From assembly GCA_019058295.1 (NCBI GenBank), contig JAHPZI010000022.1, positions 216,816 through 280,815 on the forward strand: 64,000 nt of DNA. The letters run 5' to 3'. The translations under genes and the position numbers were made by a program. Under the pieces are notes generated by a model. The model ran no database searches. It saw only the letters and a list, made by a program, of their open reading frames with translations, and was not told the DNA's origin. Source of the DNA: Promethearchaeota archaeon (GTDB lineage Archaea > Asgardarchaeota > Lokiarchaeia > Sigyniarchaeales > SOKP01). This document shows, one piece after another, positions 60,980 to 64,000 of the stretch; position 1 is the stretch's first letter; every line of letters starts with the position of its first letter.

Positions 60980-61852
60980 ATGAATGATCTACCGAAGGAA
61001 AACCAAAATTATGATGCTGGATTAGTTTGGATTCTTTCATATAATTGTAATTTAAATTGCTCCTATTGTTTTCAGGATTTTCTTATAAATAAAGGTCTTA
61101 TCTCTAAAAAAATCTCAAAAATAGATATTTCTGCTCTCCAAAAAACTCTTAGTGAAACAAATAAAATTTTCAAAATAGATTTAGGTGGAGGGGAACCATT
61201 TTTAATTCCAAATATTATTGAAGCGTGTAGTGAACTAACAAAAAATCACTTTATTTCTATTTTTACTAATTTAACCTCTGAAAAAGTTAAGGAATTTGTC
61301 GAGAAAATAAATCCTGAAAGAGTATCTCTGATTAATGCATCGTTGCATATAAAAGAATTAGAAAAACATAAATTGTTGGATAAATATATAAGTAATTTTC
61401 ATCTACTTAAAAAAAATGGATTCAATATAAAAGCAGTTGAAGTAGCAGATCCTCATATTATTAATGAAGTTAAAAAATACAAGAAATTTTTTAAAAAAAA
61501 AGGAATTTCATTAGAATTTATGCCCTTCGTTGGAAAATACAAAGGTAAAATCTATCCTGCTTCCTACACTGAGAAAGAACTTAAGGTTTTTGGTATAAAT
61601 AAAAAACAGATTGCTATGTATTACCAAAAAGGTAATTTCTGTCATGGTGGATATGACGTTGTTTTTGCTGATCCTAAAGGAGATTTATTTGGTTGTGCTT
61701 ATATAAAAAAAAAAATAGGAAATGTATATGAAAAAATTAGATTCAATGATAATATAAGTCGATGTCCTTTTGAGTTTTGTCCGTGTGGATTAGATAGTGA
61801 TCTTTATCTTTATAAAAAAGCAATAAGAGAGACTAAATCAACCAACTCTTAA
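60980..61852 (+). CDS. Radical SAM protein with C-terminal Cys-rich (SPASM/Twitch-like) segment
   Basis: CNLNCSYC, GGGEP, TN, C.GG...G.LFGC...IGN...CPFEFCPC. Confidence 0.88.
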   Translation: MNDLPKENQNYDAGLVWILSYNCNLNCSYCFQDFLINKGLISKKISKIDISALQKTLSETNKIFKIDLGGGEPFLIPNIIEACSELTKNHFISIFTNLTSEKVKEFVEKINPERVSLINASLHIKELEKHKLLDKYISNFHLLKKNGFNIKAVEVADPHIINEVKKYKKFFKKKGISLEFMPFVGKYKGKIYPASYTEKELKVFGINKKQIAMYYQKGNFCHGGYDVVFADPKGDLFGCAYIKKKIGNVYEKIRFNDNISRCPFEFCPCGLDSDLYLYKKAIRETKSTNS

Positions 61853-61905
61853 AGTTTTATACTTTTATTAAAATAATTAATAACAATTCTACAAATAGAT
61901 TGCAT

Positions 61906-62934
61906 TCAATTAACTTTTTTGGGTTTTTTTTTAATATTTAGAATAATAGAGTAAAAAATCAATATGATCAATTTAAAATTAAATGGTCTTACTATTAGTT
62001 TAAACTTAAAAATAGATTTAAGATTCTCTTTAATTTTATTTTTAACTTTTGATGATAGAATTGGCAATATTAATTTTAAAATATGATGAATAGCATAACG
62101 TATTTTCATTTCTCGAATAAAATATCTAATTTTGATGGATTTACTTGGATTTTTTGGATTATAATGTTTCATTAATATAAAATGCAAAAATTTAACTTCT
62201 TTATCATTATACCATTTCCCAATCTGCATATAGTTGTATAATCTAGTAGGAAAAGTTTTAATTCTATATTCAAAATTAGCTAATTTTATTATTCCAATAT
62301 TATATTCTTTATATAATATTTTTCTATTTCTCTTTGTTATCAAATTAAATAAAGCGGTTTGTTCCATTATAAAAACTCCTTTATATGTTGTAATTTCATT
62401 TATCCATTCTTGAATAAATATTTGCATTGGATTAGAATTTAATTTAAAAAAAATGACTCCTGAATTAACGCTCCATATCCATCTATAATTTTGAGGGTCA
62501 ATAAGAAGTTTTGCTGAAATAGTTAAACCTATGTCGTAATTATCTTGAAATATTTCATCAATAGGATTTATTAATATAGCATCTCCATCAAAAAATATTA
62601 AATTTTCCTTAACTCTTTTCGCACAATCCAACATACAGAAAGGTTTTTGATTAAGGAGATAGTCTCTTTTTATTTTATAAACTCTTCGGGAAACTTTCCC
62701 TGCATAAGGTTTTCTTATCGTTTTATAACCATATTCTCTATCTAATTTATCAGTCCAATCAATTAAGATAGTATTAGGATAAGTACTAATTTTTTTTTTT
62801 TGAGAGGGTGTAAAGCCCCAATCATAGATAAATAATTTTGCCTTGGGATAAAATTTTAAAACTTGCTTTATGGAAAAATGAATGAAAGGAAAGAAATTCT
62901 TATCACCTATCGTTATGAAATTAATTTCCTTCAT
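61906..62934 (-). CDS. GT-A glycosyltransferase, paralogue 4
   Basis: MKEINFITIGD start; FFDGDA, NSGVIFF, EQ; longer hydrophobic C-tail. Confidence 0.72.
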   Translation of the reverse strand: MKEINFITIGDKNFFPFIHFSIKQVLKFYPKAKLFIYDWGFTPSQKKKISTYPNTILIDWTDKLDREYGYKTIRKPYAGKVSRRVYKIKRDYLLNQKPFCMLDCAKRVKENLIFFDGDAILINPIDEIFQDNYDIGLTISAKLLIDPQNYRWIWSVNSGVIFFKLNSNPMQIFIQEWINEITTYKGVFIMEQTALFNLITKRNRKILYKEYNIGIIKLANFEYRIKTFPTRLYNYMQIGKWYNDKEVKFLHFILMKHYNPKNPSKSIKIRYFIREMKIRYAIHHILKLILPILSSKVKNKIKENLKSIFKFKLIVRPFNFKLIILIFYSIILNIKKKPKKVN

Positions 62935-63091
62935 TTTAAAAATATTATATTTAATAAGCAATTATTATATTAAATATCTTAATAAGGTTAATATAAAATT
63001 CATAAGTATGCTAAATAACTTACGTAAATCTATTATAATCAAAATCCGATGATTTTTTTTTTTAATTAAAATATAATCCCAAGTGCTATTT

Positions 63092-64000
63092 ATGAAACTG
63101 GATTATGATGAAGCTATAAAAAAGGAAACAGCCTTTTGGAATTTAAAATTTGCTAAAAATTATCATGCAATGGATCTTCACTTATCAAAAAGAAGTAAAA
63201 ATCCATTTTTTTTTTGGGAAGATCCAAAATTGGAGAAAATTTTAGTGGGTAAATATCAAAATCGTATTATATATCCTTTTACAAAAAAATCTTTAAAGAT
63301 TTTGGAATGTGGTTGTGGATTAGGAAAAATATCCTTAGAATTATGTAGACAAAATCATAATATCGATGCATATGATATTAGTAAAAAAGCTATTAAGTAT
63401 GCTAACCAATATTATCAATCTTTAAAAAAAAAATCTAATAATTTTGGCACAATAAATTATCAAGTTAGAGATTTAAATAAAATAATTCTTCCAGAAGAAG
63501 TTTATGATTTAATTATATGTCACGGTACAATGCATCACATTTTAAAATCAAAAAGATTAATTAAAGAGGCTTATAAATCATTAAAAAGAGGGGGAAAATT
63601 ACTTCTTCTTGAAGAGCTTGGTCAAAAATCTAGGTTAGTCAATATATTTGACGAAAAAATGCGTATCCTGCTTAATTATTTTTTAAGACCACGTAAATTT
63701 TATTATAAAATGTTAAAAATTTTAACACCACGTAAATTTCATAGAAAAATGGTAAAAATAATAGTATTTATTAGCTCGATTAAGCGTTTTAAAAAAAAAA
63801 AAACAGACCCCCTTCCTAAAGCCCCTTTTGAAGGGGTTACAGGGAGAGAGATGTGTACCTATTTTATAGAAATCTTTGGAAAAGAAAATGTAAAGATTGA
63901 AACAGCAAATGCTTTTGTTTGGAATTGGGCTGTTAAAATTCCTGCACCAAGTTTTATTAGATATCCTATAGCTCGTGTAATCAAACATTTTGATGATATT
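63092..64000 (+). CDS. Class I SAM-dependent methyltransferase (3' partial; absent from the ORF track)
   Basis: Manual translation is open from ATG 63092 to the window end: MKLDYDEAIKKE...ILECGCGLG...AYDIS...YDLIICHGTMHH...LKRGG. Confidence 0.88.
   Translation, partial: MKLDYDEAIKKETAFWNLKFAKNYHAMDLHLSKRSKNPFFFWEDPKLEKILVGKYQNRIIYPFTKKSLKILECGCGLGKISLELCRQNHNIDAYDISKKAIKYANQYYQSLKKKSNNFGTINYQVRDLNKIILPEEVYDLIICHGTMHHILKSKRLIKEAYKSLKRGGKLLLLEELGQKSRLVNIFDEKMRILLNYFLRPRKFYYKMLKILTPRKFHRKMVKIIVFISSIKRFKKKKTDPLPKAPFEGVTGREMCTYFIEIFGKENVKIETANAFVWNWAVKIPAPSFIRYPIARVIKHFDDI

Overview
AT-rich, gene-dense archaeal window, most consistent with an Asgard archaeon (Lokiarchaeia/Promethearchaeota). The evidence is a Rab-like small GTPase, secreted beta-propeller proteins with poly-Asp + TM + basic tails, expanded acyl-CoA ligase/UroD/GlcD-GlcF paralogues and oligo-T tracts after genes. 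I see about 55 CDS and no tRNA, rRNA, CRISPR array or intact mobile element. 1-46 kb is mostly lipid/acyl-CoA catabolism and isoprenoid-lipid modifying enzymes: 4 acyl-CoA ligases, SCPx-type thiolase, AMACR-like protein, IVD-type ACAD, GGR, CrtI-like, CrtC-like, SCP2 and FAD/Fe-S oxidoreductase sets. 46-51 kb is a corrinoid methyltransferase cluster. 53-64 kb is a visibly lower-GC island of probable surface-glycan tailoring genes. It holds four mosaic GT-A glycosyltransferase paralogues plus a decayed fifth fragment, two AlkP-superfamily proteins, a sulfotransferase, two radical SAM enzymes and a methyltransferase that the ORF track missed. The best leads are: (i) the glycosyltransferase array, with patchwise DNA identity, variable cassettes and A12 tracts; (ii) a membrane-anchored Kelch propeller with a DNA-homogenised framework and hypervariable loop codons; (iii) a possible branched/isoprenoid lipid recycling pathway; (iv) an MtaA-type thiol methyltransferase/corrinoid cluster. 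All functional calls come from motif recognition only; no database searches were run.
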